From the NCBI GenBank assembly GCA_048939765.1, contig JBHLPF010000029.1, positions 1-47,747 on the forward strand: a DNA stretch of 47,747 nt, given 5' to 3'. Positions 46,637 to 47,747 of the stretch are shown here, one piece after another. Every line of letters begins with the position of its first letter. Positions within the stretch are counted from its first letter, which is position 1. The position numbers and the translations under genes are program-made. The stretch is from Promethearchaeota archaeon (lineage in GTDB: Archaea > Asgardarchaeota > Thorarchaeia > Thorarchaeales > Thorarchaeaceae). The notes beneath the pieces are model-generated. The model saw only the letters and a program-made list of their open reading frames with translations. It was not told the DNA's origin and did not search any database.

Positions 46637-47104
46637 ATGAGCGAGCCAGACACCGCAGAAACGCAGCGATTGGGAAGTCCTGTTGACGCAAGAATAATAG
46701 CGATTGCCGCTGGAGTCATTGCGTTGTTTGCCCCAATCATAGTCACCCTTACGCTGACTTCATCTACCCTGTCTATTCGTGCCATGTCATGGTGGATAGA
46801 GTTTGAATCTCATCGGATAGTCATTGATTATAGTCTTACTCTTTGGGGCTCGACATTTCCCTTAACAGCTCCACGATTGATTTTTGCATATCAGATGTTC
46901 CGCTACTATGAACATAGAAGCACACGCCTCTTGACACTATTAGTTAGCCTTTTGACAGAGCTCCCAATGTGGATAGTAGCTTCAATGCTTATTGCCATCG
47001 GTGCTTGGAGTCCTTCAATTACAGCTCCAACACCCTTCATGGTAATATTTGCTATCGTCATGTTATGGAAATGGCCATACCTTGAATCACAGACACCTTG
47101 GTGA
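46637..47104 (+). CDS. 4-TM membrane protein, paralog 3
   Basis: ALFAP, PRLIFAYQMFRYY, LTEL, APTP and C-terminal PW. Confidence 0.75.
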   Translation: MSEPDTAETQRLGSPVDARIIAIAAGVIALFAPIIVTLTLTSSTLSIRAMSWWIEFESHRIVIDYSLTLWGSTFPLTAPRLIFAYQMFRYYEHRSTRLLTLLVSLLTELPMWIVASMLIAIGAWSPSITAPTPFMVIFAIVMLWKWPYLESQTPW

Positions 47105-47159
47105 TTTTCTCTCTAGGTACGGAGTCCACTGATGCAGCTATGTAGAATCATAGGAAACG

Positions 47160-47205
47160 TGCACGAGCGCGTGACAGGCCCACAAGCAGCCACGTTTTCC
47201 CTTTT
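47160..47205. repeat. ~45-bp intergenic repeat, copy 3
   Basis: TGCACGAGCGCGTGACAGGCCCACAAGCAGCCACGTTTTCCCTTTT. Confidence 0.85.
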
Positions 47206-47311
47206 CTGAAATCCTAGCCGCGGTTTGTTTCTCCCCAAGGTTTGTCTATATAGCCATCATATCGTGTCAAAACAAGAGCAACTCTCATTGACCTCATATA
47301 CCTCGGACACT

Positions 47312-47620
47312 CTACTGGGATTTTGAGTAGGTCATGAAGCCTATGAATATGATAGAAATAGCAATAAGGAAGGCAGCAGCAATGATGGAGATTTCAATAA
47401 TCCCCAGTACCAATCTATTGGCTAGCACTAAGTATCCGTACCAAGCTATTACGGAAACGGGGATCATAATGCCTATGATGATGATGCCTAGGCCCATTAG
47501 GTGCTGGTGTCTTGTAAAATCAGTCTGCTCTCTGTAGCCAAGCACTATTAGGATAATACCGATTAGAAACCCGAGTATTAGAAGTGGCGGGAATGGTATT
47601 GTAAACATCAATTGCTGCAT
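47312..47620 (-). CDS. Small 3-TM membrane protein
   Basis: Hydrophobic 102-aa ORF; GGAGT upstream. Confidence 0.7.
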   Translation of the reverse strand: MQQLMFTIPFPPLLILGFLIGIILIVLGYREQTDFTRHQHLMGLGIIIIGIMIPVSVIAWYGYLVLANRLVLGIIEISIIAAAFLIAISIIFIGFMTYSKSQ

Positions 47621-47747
47621 CTTTCAGACTCCATCGAATATCAGTTTCAATCATTTGGTAGGTAGAAATAAGCAGTTAAACGCTTGCATAAATTATTAGA
47701 GATTGATTTGAAATAAAGGCTGGTTTCGTAGGAAAATGCGGGTGCTG

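Noticed and set aside
43470-47311. Classical integron attC cassette array
   Set aside because: The repeats lack recognisable RYYYAAC...GTTRRRY ends and no integrase is in the window; kept only as an unexplained repeat family.
1-47747. tRNA, rRNA, SRP or RNase P genes; IS elements; prophage
   Set aside because: No cloverleaf/T-loop signatures, conserved RNA motifs, or transposase, integrase or capsid ORFs were recognised by eye; tRNAscan-SE and Infernal would be needed to exclude them fully.

Overview
Archaeal chromosomal segment, most likely from an Asgard archaeon and probably Thorarchaeia. This is inferred from S8e/L35Ae ribosomal proteins, deoxyhypusine synthase, four roadblock genes, a Sec23/24-type Zn-finger-vWA protein, a PCI-like protein and an EMC6-like protein. 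Positions 1-36.3 kb are mostly core genes: nadC, AMMECR1, pyrC, CBS proteins, rqcH, two-subunit fumarase plus a TfrAB-type fumarate reductase, hypA/hypE, smc-scpA-scpB, uppS, ACD-beta, LipS1-like radical SAM and dys. The best candidate for an undescribed system is 25.2-29.4 kb. There a Sec23/24-like (CPRas-type) Zn-finger-vWA gene sits among four different roadblock genes (one dynein-LC7-like, one MglB-like with an acidic C-terminal helix) and an MglA-type small GTPase that appears to lack a canonical start codon. Positions 36.3-47.7 kb are an accessory region of small membrane genes, with three paralogs of one family and three kinds of repeated intergenic module. No rRNA, tRNA, CRISPR array, transposase or integrase was recognised. 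All family assignments come from motif recognition by eye; no database search was run.
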